Assembly: GCA_964035545.1 (NCBI GenBank)
Contig: CAXIUT010000243.1
Span: forward strand, 1-58,596
Source of the DNA: Bugula neritina
Taxonomy: Eukaryota > Animalia > Bryozoa
Length of the DNA stretch: 58,596 nucleotides
Direction: 5' to 3'
Position 1 is the first letter of the stretch, and the number at the start of each line of letters is the position of its first letter. Positions 12,977 to 27,290 of the stretch are shown piece after piece. Position numbers and translations under genes: made by a program. The notes beneath the pieces are model-generated. The model ran no database searches, was not told the origin of the DNA, and saw only the letters and a list, made by a program, of their open reading frames with translations.

Positions 12977-15900
12977 TCAAGGTTAAAGTAGTACTCTCAA
13001 AGTAGGTGCATGTTTGATCAAATTGTCTCCAACTCCCATCACTAAAGTAAAATCAATAAACTGGCATCCCTATTCTCCTATCTCCTCTGCTATCAATGAA
13101 TGAATAGTCTTCTTAAACAACTTCTGCTTCTCCTCTTTCTTACTCTACAAACTCATCACAAAATCAGAATATATCTGAGGACCCTAAGATAACGTTAAAC
13201 CCTTCACCTTTATCTCGTATTTCTACTCTATACCATCAATCAACTCTCCAATCATCTTATCTTTAGCCAAAGGACCTATACTCCATCTCTACCATATATT
13301 AGTATCCAACTTATCATGAACTTTTATCTTCTAAACAGGACCAGGTTCACCCATAGTCAAAGACGGGACAGCTAAATTAAGAAAAGCATTTCTTAGTTAT
13401 TCTAAAGGACATCCTCTCAGATATTTTACCAGTTAAATAGTTTGAAGAGCAGCAACACAACTAGTAGTAGTAGATAATGCTGGAGTAATTCTACCTGCTT
13501 TCAGTTTGACAGTGATCCAATCCATTTAATCAAGTTTATAATTACGAGCTCTTAGGTTTGCCATTGAGTATATCAAATCGATGTGACCATTTTGATCCTA
13601 ATCTTTTTAGAATTATTCAGGTTTTGATTCAATATGTTAGCTATTTTCTTTAATTTATTCGATCATCTTTATGAATTTATGGTATAAATTATGTTCATTT
13701 TCATCTTAGTTAGGTTAAGTCATCAATTCAGCAAGCTATGATTTTTACTTTTTTTAAACCTCCTTTTAAGTCTACTTTCCTGTTGCTTAATTATCAACTT
13801 CACTAGCCAATTATTTAGCCAATTTATCAGAAGGCTCAAATGGTTCTACTTTCATTGAACTAGCAGTTAAAGTGATTTCCTCTCTACGATTATTTTATCT
13901 AAAATCTTTAGGATAAGGAATTCCATATATTTTACTAATAAGCACTGCATAAGATGAGATAAAGGTAGAATGTAGGGGATCTTTGGGTAGAATTTATGAT
14001 ATAGGAACAGGAGGTCTTTTAGGTAACTTCCAAAATGGTTTTCCATCTTTAGTTTGAGCATCAAGGGGATAAGTATAAAGAAGTTGCATTACATCATTTC
14101 TAAACAACTGATAAAAGATCTTGGTAGCTATATAAATAGAATCTTAAAAGTTAGTCGGTCTAGCATCAACAAGTTTAATACAATCCTTCAACATCAAAAT
14201 ATCAGATGGTCCCACTACATACTTACCACTTTCATCTAATAACTTTTTAAGAGCCTTAGGATTCAAAGTAAATTCTTTGCCAAATAGATCTCTAGCCCAT
14301 TCAACACAGTGCAAAGTCTATTAAGGAAACATTTTCAATGTACAATGAGGAATATCGCCTTGAGCGTCATTGGGATCCTGCATATTGCCATAAGTTTAAG
14401 TTTTAAATGGAACTATCACCTGCACATGACCTTTAGAACTAAGAGTACCACTCTATAATAGTGGCCTTTTAGTTTATACGCATCGACTATCCACATATCT
14501 CCTGGCCTATACATTGTCTAAAGCATTTGTAACGATTGTCAACTCCTAGAAAAACTCATTATTGAATACATCCTTTGATGATTATGACACCTTGTCCAGT
14601 CGAGGTTTTATATGACCCTTTAATCTAGGATTCATCTGGGTCACTGCTGCCGATGCTGTTGCACTTTTAGGTTTACGTAGATGTTTTTATCTGAATAAAA
14701 ATTGTCTATTTAAATTTGAATTTTATATATGATCTGGATCAGTTACAGTAATATTGCCATTTCCTGTACCAATTTCTAACATAGCAAAATTTTTCAATAG
14801 CTCACAACCAATAGCACCAGAACCAATCATAAATACCTTTGCATCTTCAAGTTTACCCAGCATATCAGCACCAATAATCTTTCTAAAACCATCTGTACGA
14901 TTATCAACAGGAGCTCTCTTCAAAATATATTCCTTCCATGCCTCTTATTAATCTGGAATAGTTTAGATAATTTATGAAAATTCAGCTATAAAGTACTGAT
15001 TGATAGGAGTATATTTGCCAGTAATAGCTTTGAATGCTTATTGAGCAGTTATTCCTCCATAGAAAGCACAAATAGATCCAAAAGTACCTGAACAAGTATA
15101 ACTAAATGCTTTACAATATTTTATCTATTACTAACTTAGTTATGTCCTTCTTTTCTTGACTAGTTAAATCAATTTATCTGCATCTTTTTTATCCCATGAA
15201 CAAGGCATCTTATGATTTTATTTAGTAAAATCACTTAGAGATAAGAATAGTTGATGTAAAAGTTTTAATTTGTTCATTTTTGACCAGTCATAGATCTATA
15301 AATTGGAATCAATGTTTTGAAGTTAAATGCATTCTTCTAACGACTTGAAATCAATATATTTAGGTGTTTTTATATTACAAACAGTGCCTTATCCTTCATA
15401 AGGAGCATAATCTTAAGTATTACCTATCTCAAAACTAGCACTATTTATCACTTTTATTTTATGTAAAGTATTATTTATGCTCTTATCACTATTTAATGAC
15501 TTCATTCCCTTAACTCCTGTTATTCTGACAGTATCTCCATCTTAGTAAGGATGCCTGAGACCTTTCACAACTCGAACTACTCCTTTCTCACCTATACTGA
15601 TATCCTATATCAAGACATCAACTGTATCTTCTCCATCTTTGTCAATCACTTAAAATTTCTATCCAAAATCATTGAATATTTGACCATAAGGACCATAACA
15701 ATCAACTGATAAGAAATATATTTTGTTTGCTCTACAAAAAGAATTGATTTTGATTTGTTCTTCGAGTGATCTTTCAGTTGTTATGACTACTTGGTAGTTT
15801 TTCAGGTTTTAAAGATCATTATGTTTATATTAGAATTTAGTCATTTTCACATAATGATTTAACTACTGTAATTTAAAGAAAGAACTTTATAATCTTGATT

Positions 15901-18900
15901 TTCCCACATCTGATTCTGATAAAAAGAACTGACCACTAAGATCAGAATAAGACACATTTTTATCATCCCAAACAGCAAACTATCTACACCCACTCAGCAC
16001 AATGTTCTTAGCTATTTCTACGCCCAGAGATCCAAGTCCTAACAACACTATTCCAGCCTTACTTTGTTTAGTTACAGCCTAGACTCCCATAGCTCCAATA
16101 TATCGACTCCACCTATCTTTAACCTTCTCATCATTGATATCTAACTACAACAACTAACCTTTTTATCCATAACTAACATCAATTTCTTATATTTGCAATT
16201 ATTATTTAATAACTTATGACTTTTAAACCTTCTTTTTAGCTTTTTTAGAAGAATTATCTTTTTTAAAATCTCCTTGAGTGGGTGGAGGAAGTTTATTTAG
16301 TTCAGTTTATAGTTATTGAATACATTTAGCCATCATTGTTTTATATTATGTCTTTGATTTCTTAAATGTATTGCACCAGTTGTAGTTATGATCGCTGACT
16401 AAACCATTATATGATGCCTCTCTTTTCTAGGCCAACTTTAACCATCTATTGCATTCATGTAAAATTTATTATTTCTTCAAATAAAAATGCCTTCTAATGA
16501 CTGATTAGAAACCTTTTGGGGGATTCTTTATGTTCTCAAGCATTGCATATTTTACGTTAGAATATCTTACAATATTAGCATAGGCTTCATTCTTTTTCTC
16601 GCCTTCAGGAGTACCTTGTTCATGTTCGAATCCAGGTTCGTTAAAGTAGATATCTTCACTCATAATAATTGATTGAATCGATACTAGAACTTGAAGAAGA
16701 GTTGATACCTTTGCATCCCAGTTTTACATAGCCTGACCTCTCCATGTTCCCAGCAAACTTAAACATACCTTACCACATGCATATAAATTAGGATTAAATC
16801 TGACTTGACCACTACCTGTTGTCATCAAGTTAACTTTTGGAGGACTATTAGGATAAGTATCCTCGAAATAGACATCAAAAAGGAAAGCTCCATGACCATA
16901 AGGAGTACCATTAGATCCCATAATCAATGCCTGCATAAAATCAACTCTTTCCTTATCACATCGAACATAGATAGCATTAGTATGATCTATTGGCAAAGCA
17001 TGAGATATATCTGCCAACTCTTGAGCTAATCTTATTGTTTTATCAACTGGAGGTTTATGTCCTGTTTGGTAATTGCTTGCATAGTGATGTTTACTTATCT
17101 TGTTGGAGGAGTCCTTCATATCGATGTAGTCAAATCTAAGATCTTTCATAAGTAGGGGATATTTCTTGAGCAAAGGAAGTTATAATATTTTTTTATCTTA
17201 TTTATCATCTTGATGATGAGTTGTTTCATATTAAGAAACAGTTTATTCAACTAGTTAGTATGTAGAAATGATTTTTTTGGCAATTTATTCTGAAACTTTT
17301 TCAGAAGCAGAGCCAGTAAGACATGATATGAATATTTTTGAAGTGCTAGCTAAAGTTTTCAAAAGAGAAAGCAAAGATTCAGATTGTTTGGGTTAATAAC
17401 ACTTAGGAATAGACATAAGAATTGATGTAAGACTCTTACATCTAGTTATTACTTGAATGAAATCTAGTTCTCCTTGGAATAACTCTGCATATTTAGATAT
17501 TTAGAGTAGAGATCCTCCTCTGAGAGATGATTATATGATAGGAAGAAGAGAACTTTCAAGTGTTTGATTCAATATCTCAGGAGGGTAGTTGAAGTCGCTG
17601 CAATCGAAAAATTGTTAAAGAATTTTAAGAAGACTTAGTATCTGTTAAGATGTTTACTTTCTAGCTTATTATTGACCAGTAACATCCCACTTTTGATTAG
17701 CTGAACTATCAGTTCCATATCCAACTCCTTGTTTTTTAACCAATTTTGTTTTGAAGTCTTACTCTGATGATTTCTTTTGAAGCATAGCAGGAACCAGTTC
17801 ATCTTATTCGATACTTTATTCTTATATTTTAAATCTTTTAGGTTCCTTAGTGATCATGAATAGTCTTTCTAGCATGATTTTATAAAATCCACTTTTGATG
17901 GCATAATTTCTAACAATTTTAGCTTGTTCTCCTTTAACAGCAAAAACATCTTTGATAATTTAATATAATTCTTTTACTGAAGACTTTTATTTTAGAAGCC
18001 ATTTTTTGTTATCTTGCTTATCTGGTAAACTCAACAATAAATCAAAAAGAAGTAGAACATTTCCTTGCTTATTAATATAGAGAGAACTAAAAACAGGAAA
18101 ACATGAATAACTCTACAACTATTTAAGATATTGACCCCATATGTTAGATTGTTATCGATTCGACCAGTTCTTAACACTGCCAGCAAGAACAGTTATCATT
18201 TTTTATAACCCTTTTTTCTATTCAAAAGCCTTAAAAATAGTTTATTGAGAAATAAAAGAATCAACACTTACATTTTATTTTGAAAGAGTTTCAATACTAC
18301 TACTAGCAAATATTTATGAGGCCTCAATTTATAATTTAATAAAAGGTTATTTTTGTTCAAGAAGTACTTATTTAAGATTGACATTTAGAGAAAGTTTTTT
18401 ATCAGTAAGATAATTTTTAACATTGATTTTTTATAGATCTGCAGAATTGACTTTAAATCCTCCAATATTGATTTGTTTAAGTAATTAATTGATTTTCATT
18501 TATTGAGGTATAAAATAACATCTTTATGTGGTTGATTATTTAATAGGTAAAACTCCTCTATATTTTTAATCTAATATCCAAGGATTATCTAGATTAAGTA
18601 AAGTAGTATTAGTTAATAAATTTTTCTACCATTAGTTCTACTAATAAACCTTATATTATTCAGGCAACACACTGATAGTTTATGTATTTGATACTGATAT
18701 TTTTATTTTTCCATCTTTGAATTCATGCTTTCTTTATTTTTTTGCAACTATGTCCCATAAAATACCTTTACATAACTTATATTTTTTAACATCAGTTGTT
18801 TTTTCAATAAATAGCAAGTTATGTTTCAAGTTAAACTCATCTATACTATCTATCGGTTAATAATGTTGGTTTTAATAGGTAATAACTTTAAGACTACTTT

Positions 18901-21900
18901 TGATAGGTTTGATTTCCAAGATATCAGTAACTTGTTTAAGATATTAATGATTATTTTTCCAAACAAAGAGTAATGGTATTCCATTGAAAGCATTAATCAA
19001 TGGGAAAAAGAAGCTATGAATGAAGAAGTTATGATGTACTGGATTAAAATCATTAATACTGGTCATTAACTGAATTAATATCTAACTGAATTCATCTTGA
19101 CAGGAAGTATCAATACATGTAGTTTGGAAAAAGTTTATAAACAGTTTCATTGTATCATTATTATATTTTATTAAAATACTTGTTGTACTTTTAAGTAATT
19201 ATGCTATTTTAATTGGTGCTCTTTTCTCTATCAATTGTTATTTAGCATTTTTATTCAATATAAAAGTACATAATAGTTTCAAATGATGTAAAGGTTAGTT
19301 AGATATCGTATTTGCGTTTTGATTTTATGATAAAATCTATAGTAGTTCTTAGAATATTTATACAACATAATTTTTAGATGAACAGTTTTATAATTAAACA
19401 GCATAATAAGGTAAAACAGCAGCCAAAATAGAATAAAATTTACTTCTTTCCGACTTATTCATGATTTAAGTGATTAATTTTCGAATATCATAACGATATA
19501 TAGTAGGAACAGTTAATAAAGAGTTAATCAATGAAAGATAGAGTTATTGTGTATTATTTTTTGAAGTTTAATACTTTTGAAGAAGCATTTTAATATTCTA
19601 AAAGTCAGCAAAACCTTCCTGCATTTTATTTTACACAGAATAACTACATAATCTTAAACTTAATGTGACAATATCAATAAATTCTGAAGAAATACTATTT
19701 AATGTATGAGCTAATAGCTTATTTATATTTTATTTAGTAAGTTTACTCAGAACAAGACTTTTTACTAATTTGGAATTAGTTCCTTTAGATTTAAGTAAAT
19801 GCTATAAAATATTTTATCCTTATTGATTCAAAGCTAACAATAACTCCTAAATCTGTTCATTGGGTAAAAGGTCATTTAATACTTGAATAATCAATTCTAG
19901 TTTTTGGTCAAAATAAGGTGAACTAAGGACTGCTCTCAAGTCTTTTCTATATTTCTTTTGACCCAAAAATCCTAAAAGAGTCAAGTATATTGATGTATAG
20001 TCAGGATCATCAGTAGGAAGAGTATCATATCCATTGATACTGATAAATGAAATGCTATACATTGCTCCTTTTTTACTCTTTTGACTATTTTAAAGGATCT
20101 AACTTGCTGAATTTAATAGTGGATCACTTAATCTGAACTATAAATTTTTTAAAGGAGATAAACCAATAGAAGATAGTTAATTCAGATTCAATCCAAAGAG
20201 CTTTACACCATAAGATAGGTAAAATTGGTCTTCTAAAGGAACCATCTCACCTATTTTCAGTTGTATTTTTTAATTACCTCCAAAAAGATCAACTCTAGAT
20301 GGTAAAATAGCAGTCTTATTTTAAACATGATCATTTAGACAAAAACCAATGACAAATTTAGTTGGAGATTGAGCTGTCTAGCAACTTATTTTGATGTTTT
20401 TGTGGGTAATTGGGACTTTAAAAGCTGGATTTTTACTTCCTCCCTTACCTGTTTGAAGATCTTTGACAGAGGAAACATCTTTAACTTCAAAATGTTCTGA
20501 TAACTAAACTTATTTAGTTGGATTCCATTTATTAGACTTCAATGGTCTTTTGAGTGTACTTGCTTTAAGATCATTGATAATAGTTGAAATAAGAGGATGC
20601 TATCCTCCAACAAGGACAGGAGATAGAGACCCTGGAGTTAAAGTTTGCGAAAGCAAAATTGTAGCTCCATGATGAAGTTGATTAAAAAGAAGATGTCTTT
20701 TAGTCAATGATATTCTTTTGGATTGTTTGATTGATTTTAATGCCTATGAGTATTTACTAAGGACTGAGGCAGGATCAGAATGTTTGACTAGTCTAAGAAT
20801 TTGGTCTATGAGTTGTTTGATAAGGTAGTAGTTAGGAGATTTGTTTGCTGGATTGACTGATATCAGTTAGTAATCATTATTATTGAGATACCAGTTAATA
20901 AAAAGATCTTCATTGGGCAGTTCTGCTCCTTCTGGAAGAATCTATACTACTTTAAGCATTTCAACAGCTGCTTGTAAATTATATAAATTTGAATCATTTG
21001 TCATTTTTGCTCCTTCTATTCCTCCATAATTACATAATTCAGTTATGAATTTTCCTATTGTTTAAAGAAAATCATAATGTAGAGTAGTACACTTATCTCC
21101 CAGAGTTAAAAACAATTTAGCCAGAATATTTTTATTTTTCATGTAGATCTGATCCAAAAAAACAGCAAATTATTCAGAATATTTAGGCTTAGCTGCAGTT
21201 ATAAAGAGAATGCTATGCTGTTGTGCTAGGACCTAAGGAATATCACTATGTAAAAATTGATGCATTATCATGTCAGTAGCTTCAGTACATGAACTAATTA
21301 CTCTTTATAGTTGCTACCAAATCACTTCTTATTGCTGGAATATAATACTCACTACATCAAGATCTACAGGATTACTATCAGAGGCTCTTTCAACTATCTA
21401 CTAGATAAGAATCTACAAGCGAGGTTTAGCACTGGGATCAAGTACAAGTTTGCTGAGGTTTTTGTATGATATAGAGTTCAGGAAATGATGATAGAGATCA
21501 TCAGTAAGAGAGGTAATATAATTAAGAATAACTTTGTTATTTATCCATTTTTATTCTTTGATAAAGTATTCAATGATCTATTTATGACTTTAAGTGAGAG
21601 GAGACATTTTAATAAGAAGTTCTACCCATTTTTATTAATATGGTACTCCTCTTAAAATCAATCTAGTCAAAGATCTACATAAATCACTGTTATTTAAGTC
21701 AAGAACGTTAATTAGCTGTTCATAGGAAAATTAGATATGACCTAGTGATGACATTTCATATTAGATATATGGCAAGCTTTTGATTAAAAGACTTATTTTG
21801 TGAGAAATAGCTTTAAATGCTAAAATTTTAATTGGTCCTTTAGCTACTTCCAAAATAGTGCTAAAAATCGTTTAACAAGTACTATCTTCTACATTAACTT

Positions 21901-24900
21901 TTAAATTTTGAAGTTGTGTTAGAGTCAGAGCTATTACTGTATAGAGATAATCTAGAGTTATTTTAGAACTAAATACTTTATTTTTGAGAAGCTTTTTTTG
22001 AATATTAACGATAGAATCAAGATCATTTCTGTTTATTTTATCTTAAAGAGATGCTTGTAGTATTTTGATATCTTACTTATAGGGTGTATAATAGATATAT
22101 TCAATATTTTTTCCTTTAGAAATTGAATATTTTTTCATATGACTTGATGACAAAGAAGTCAATGATAAGAAAAACATATCTTCAGGATTAAATCCAAATA
22201 ACTCATCAATATAATGTATATTCTAACCTTTTCCAATCGAATACCCATAAATTTAAGGTAAAATATCAACTTGAGACACTTTATTATCACTAATAGAACT
22301 AATAATGCCAGTTTAACTAAAATGTAGTTCTACTTATAGGTATTCAGCTTATATTTGATCAGTATCTAATCCAAACATATTTAGAGATTTATTTATTGAG
22401 CTACTATCTTCTTGATAAGAAATTTTAGCTAGCTGAATCCATTGGTGTTAGTGGATAGTTCCAGAACTTACCAGTTTTTTTCCTTGAGCCTGCAATCGAT
22501 AGATACTATAGTAAACTTTGGATGAATACTATGATTTCTATATTTTAAGAGTAGCATTAGTTATTTGATACTTTGATGGCAATTTCATGATTATTCTTCT
22601 GCTATAGTCACTTTTAAATACAGCTATTTCGCATTTAATCAGTTCCTATTCGAATATTTTATGGCTTTATTCTTTGTTATTCTAGACCAAGTTAAAATAG
22701 TAGTTACTATAGAATTATTTTTCAAAGTAAAGATAAGAATTTTAACTCCCAAGATTTCTATATTATTTAGATCTTTTAGTATTTACTGTTTCAAGAGCTA
22801 ATTTCAAAATCTATTGGAGGATCTAAGGAGATAGCTTTTGAATAGTTTGCTATAAAAACTGGAAAGGTAGAATTGGTACTGAATTAATTGATTTTATAAA
22901 TTAAGTAAGATACTACTGTCCATGTTTATTACTCCATATTTTTTACATTATCGATTTATAGTATTATTTCCCTTAGATATTTTGAGAAATAAAGACCACC
23001 ATATCAATGAACTGTCTCATATATTTTTGTTAATAATTATCCAAAGAAAAAGAACAAGAACGAGATATATATTTCAAAAAAGGCTACATATTTTTACTAG
23101 CATAGTTCGATGATAGATATTTTATGAGTATATTTGGTTTCTTACATTCCATTTACTAGAATATATTGATTTTAGTTGATAAAGATAACTAAGTAGAATT
23201 TAGAATTTAGAATTTATCTGATATATTTAGAGATAAATCTCCTTTCTATGATATTTGAATTGTGTATTATAGCTATATTGTATTAGTTGAGATAGGTTTA
23301 AAAGATAAAACAAAAACTCTTTGTTTTGATGATTAATTTATTAAATTAGATAGTTTTTGAGAATATTCTCTATGATATACTTATTGCGATACTGATGCTC
23401 CATAAATAGTAACTGAACCTAACTAAAATGGTAATTTCTTAATATTAGTATACTTTGGTTCTACAACAATTTCCTTCCAATAAGATTTACTATTAATATC
23501 TATAACAGCTTCTTCTTTATCCTCTTCAAATTTAAAATTATATTTTTGACTTTTATTTCCCCAGCTATCTCTAAAATATATATAACCTTCTTTTATATAG
23601 TTAACATTCTTTCTATTGAGACATCGTTTTAAATTCACTTTCTTTGTCTGAACCAATAGTCCATAGAGATGCTTCAGCCTTATTCCATGAGGATAGTTGC
23701 CTAGAAATGATCCATTAGGTGAAAAAATAGATGAAATTGAATAATTTTTATTAACTCCTGGCGGACCGTGCTAGATAGTAAGAGGAATCACCTCAGAGCA
23801 GTTATTAGGTTGTTCAAGAAGAGATAGATCTATTTTTATGGTTATTTTTTGAACTTGAGATGTCGATGATGAATTTTTATCATTTTTATCAACATTTGAT
23901 GGGATAATTTATCCTTTAATAGATCTAAAAACATCTTTCAATTGAAAAGGAAGCTATCTAGGAGGTTATTTGATCAACAATGATGACTATTTTAAGTATA
24001 AATTGTCTAGTAAGTAGTTAATTTATTGAGAAAAAGGTTTATTATTTTTAAGATAAATGAAATACATATTTTTATTAGATTTTGACAAGAATTATATCTT
24101 TTATTTAACTTCCAAAGAATCTAAAATACTCAAAGAAGGATGATTACTCTAATTATACCATTTTTAATAATCAATATACTCCATCGAAGGTTCATGCTTA
24201 AAAGAATTCAAATCAACAAACTAATTCTTTCCATAATAAACATATTTTCTCAACTACGATGGCACTACACCCAAAACCAATAAAGTATTATTAATTGACA
24301 CCAACAATCTGGTATAAATCGTATTCATTTCTACCATTGACACCAACTCACCACATATTTGAGTTTATTCCTTATTATTCTATTTTTTCTTCAACTCTTT
24401 TCTTTCACTATATATCCATACTAAAGCTTCTTCTATATTACCAGTATTTTAGAGAGCTCTAATAGCTATTTCTTCTTCAATGCTAAAGACTTTGACCAAC
24501 TCTTGTATATCATTTTTACTAGCTACATAATTTTACTCTTCCTTTCTTTTTTGTTAAAGAGATGATGTTAGAATTTTATACAAACAAGATCCATCATTTT
24601 GTAAATACCTCAAATCAGCTTATTGATAGGATTATACCAATACTCTTTTATTTATACTTTTGCTATTTATAGTCTCTCTGAATATCTACCTTATCTATCT
24701 GCCTAGATGATAAATGATAATGGTATTATCTTTTTTAGATAGAAGATAGTTTTAAGTTATTTATTTTATATCTCCTTAAATATTTACTTGATTTGAACCA
24801 CATTGAAGTTACAAAAGTTATTTTTTTATATTTTTGTAGCCTTCAAAATATTAAAGAGCCTATCTATATCTTCCTATATCTAGCTCACAATGCAAACTCG

Positions 24901-25981
24901 GATTAGGAATAGTTACCCCAATCTAATACAAATAAGGTCGAATAATAAATAATTTTAGTAAAAGCAAACGATAAAGGTCAACTCTATCTGACTACTATTC
25001 ATCTAGCTGGCATAGTAAATATCGAATCCATTCGAAACAATTCTGCAAACTAATAAGATGACATAATTAAAATAAACTTTTCTATCCTCTCCAACTTTTT
25101 AGTTGTAAATACTATTCTTTTGAAAATAAATTTAAGACTCCAGATTTATGAACAGCTGTCTGAGGAAAATAAAATTAATAAGTTGAAGGGTTTCTCCTTA
25201 TGAGTTTAATTTTATTATTTTACCAAACCAGTAACATTTTATCTTAAGAAACTTGAATTAATTTGGTTAAAATAGGATCTTTTGGAAGTTACTATTTGAT
25301 TTATTGAACTTTATTTGGTTATTTTAAGTGAAGAAAACCGAAGGGATTGAATGACGATAGTTAGTTGATTTTGGTAGTTAGAAATGGACTGAAAATAAGA
25401 GTATTTCCTTTTTTTTTGATAGAGGCACAAGGAAATATTTTATATTTTTTTATTTAGTTGCTAATATCAACACTATTCTGTTTATTTGGTTTAGTTCCAT
25501 TAATCCAGGCTTCCATCTTATTGTCTTTAATTGTAAAAGAAATGGTTCTAGCAGTTGAAGAATTGAAATTCATGAGTTGATATGACATTATCTGGTTGTC
25601 ATTCATAGTACAGATTCCCAATTCAATTGAAGAAAGAGATTGAGGAGAATACCATTACCAAAATGAACCAGTCTGCACTTCACTACAACTTCGTATTATC
25701 GCCTATTAACTACTCACTGCTGCAATATTGCTCTGCACATTCCGAAGTACCTCACCCTCTATAGTCACCAAATGACCCATCAAGGGAGGACGAGGATCCG
25801 TACTTGACAAATGAATCGACACCTTTTGTTATTCACTGCCAGTAGACTGAACTCTAAGACTCCCATCGCGAAGGAAATAAGTGCGCTGATGACAAGAGTC
25901 AAAGAAGTAGGCCTCCGAGTTGAGTTGAACAGGAAGAGTGGCTTACGGACGGAGCATAGATACGAAATAATTATCAATCAT
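12977..25981 (-). CDS. Giant ubiquitin E2-E1 fusion protein (~4334 aa): N-terminal scaffold with UBA-like domain + BIRC6/UBE2Z-type UBC + complete UBA1/UBA6-type E1
   Basis: A manual scan found no in-frame TGA across 13,005 nt, and supplied ORFs 14723-14923, 16724-17173, 19847-20062 and 23423-23656 share this frame. UBC: GTPYGHGAFLFD, RFNPNLYACGKVCLSLLGTW, LQVLVSIQS, YFNEPGFE. E1: DRWSRYIG, GLGSLGVEIAKNIVLSG, IGSGAIGCELLKN, SNLNRQFLF, NALDNV, PLLESGT, IPHCTLKMFP, FEKDEDQNGHID, AGRITPALSTTT, RNAFLNLAVP. An alternative in-frame ATG lies at 26035. Confidence 0.9.
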
Positions 25982-26034
25982 CCAACTATAATCAAAATAT
26001 AGCTCTTCATACAATAAATCAGAATCAATTACCA

Positions 26035-26906
26035 TCACTTAGTCTAGTCCACCTTCACCTCTTCAACCTCGTTCACTGTATTACCCACGATGATTTCCAT
26101 AGCTTTACTAGCAGAGATAAGTAGTGAATCATCTTCTTTGTATTAGTTTTACACCTAGGTGTTCTCTTTATCTTCTTCTTTCTACTTGGAGTCTAAGGCG
26201 ATAGTTTCCTTCTTTTTTGAACCTAGAATAGAAAATTTGTTGTGAATACTTGGCCTCAAAAATCTTTTGTATGATTCTTCAATAGTTAAAGGAGTCTATA
26301 ATTTTTATAAAGGTTTAGTTGGTTTCTTACAACTTTCTAACACCTCAATAGTCAATTCTTAAGGAGCCTTTTTGACTATTTCTTTCGGTTAATCTTTTTT
26401 TTGTTTCATTTGTTCGATAGGTTTATACTTTTTTTTCATTGGGTCTTATTTGATTGATTCTTTGTTTTTTTATTTAACTTGTGAAACAGACCTCCCAGTA
26501 CTTTTTTATCTACTTACTTTATTAGTGAACTGCAGGTTGTAAAGAAAGGTAGCAAGATGAAAGTTGTCCTGATACTTCATCTGTGCTAGTTTATCAATCT
26601 AGATAGCATTTTATGTACTTCAATTGGATAAGAAATGTTCTATTTTTGTAAAGCAGAAGCTAGCATCATCAAATTATTTCTCCTAGCAAACTCATTGTTA
26701 GCTTTAAGGTTTATTTTTTGAGGTCTAATACTGTTCGGCAGAATTTTGTTCAAAATGAAAAGATAGGCTATTCCATTACCTAACTCTCCAAGGTCTTTCA
26801 CTTTAGCCATAGAGCTGGGAAGGGCATCGTTTACCCATGTGATAAGTTATGATTTGGTGGGGTTCTTTTTGGATGGAATAAGAGTGCTTCTCGAGGTGGG
26901 TCGCAT
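26035..26906 (-). CDS. EB1: EB1/RP-family microtubule end-binding protein (calponin-homology domain; ~283 aa)
   Basis: KSELITWVNDAL...ELGNGIAYLFILNKILP...NNLMMLASALQKE..PIE/IDKLAQMKYQDNF matches the EB1 CH domain. Intron at 26599-26618. Confidence 0.8.
26599..26618 (-). other. 20-nt spliceosomal intron (EB1)
   Basis: GTACATAAAATGCTATCTAG; removal restores the EB1 frame. Confidence 0.85.
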
Positions 26907-26985
26907 ATTCAAATAATTAGATATAACTTTAGCCGGTTTATGTAGTAGTCCATGCTGGAAAGAGTCATAAGATGTGTATATTAAA

Positions 26986-27222
26986 TCATAAAGTATCAGA
27001 ATACTGTTGGAGAACAGCTTATAGATCATTCTGCGAAAGATGAAGAGAAGATTTAAGTTTGTCAAAAAGAGCTAACTTCAAAGATGCTGCTACCTTTTTT
27101 TAACTTATCTCCATGTCTATATTTTTGCTGATCTCCTTCCAAGTGTTGCCCAACTTAATTTGTCTTCCCTGATACTCGATTCCATAGTTAGTAACATTGT
27201 TTCTATCTGATGTACCTCGCAT
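26986..27222 (-). CDS. Possible small ORF or gene fragment (78 aa) next to the internal telomere
   Basis: MRGTSDRNNVTNYGIEYQGRQIKLGNTW...QQYSDTL*. No family recognised, and open frames arise easily when only TGA is a stop. Confidence 0.3.
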
Positions 27223-27290
27223 CAATCAACACTTGATTATATTCATACTTTTATCAATGAAGATATTCATATCATCTGTAGCTAAATTCA

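Noticed and set aside
12977-25981. Adjacent but separate E1, E2 and hypothetical genes
   Set aside because: No in-frame TGA, frame change or intergenic-like spacer was found between the domains.
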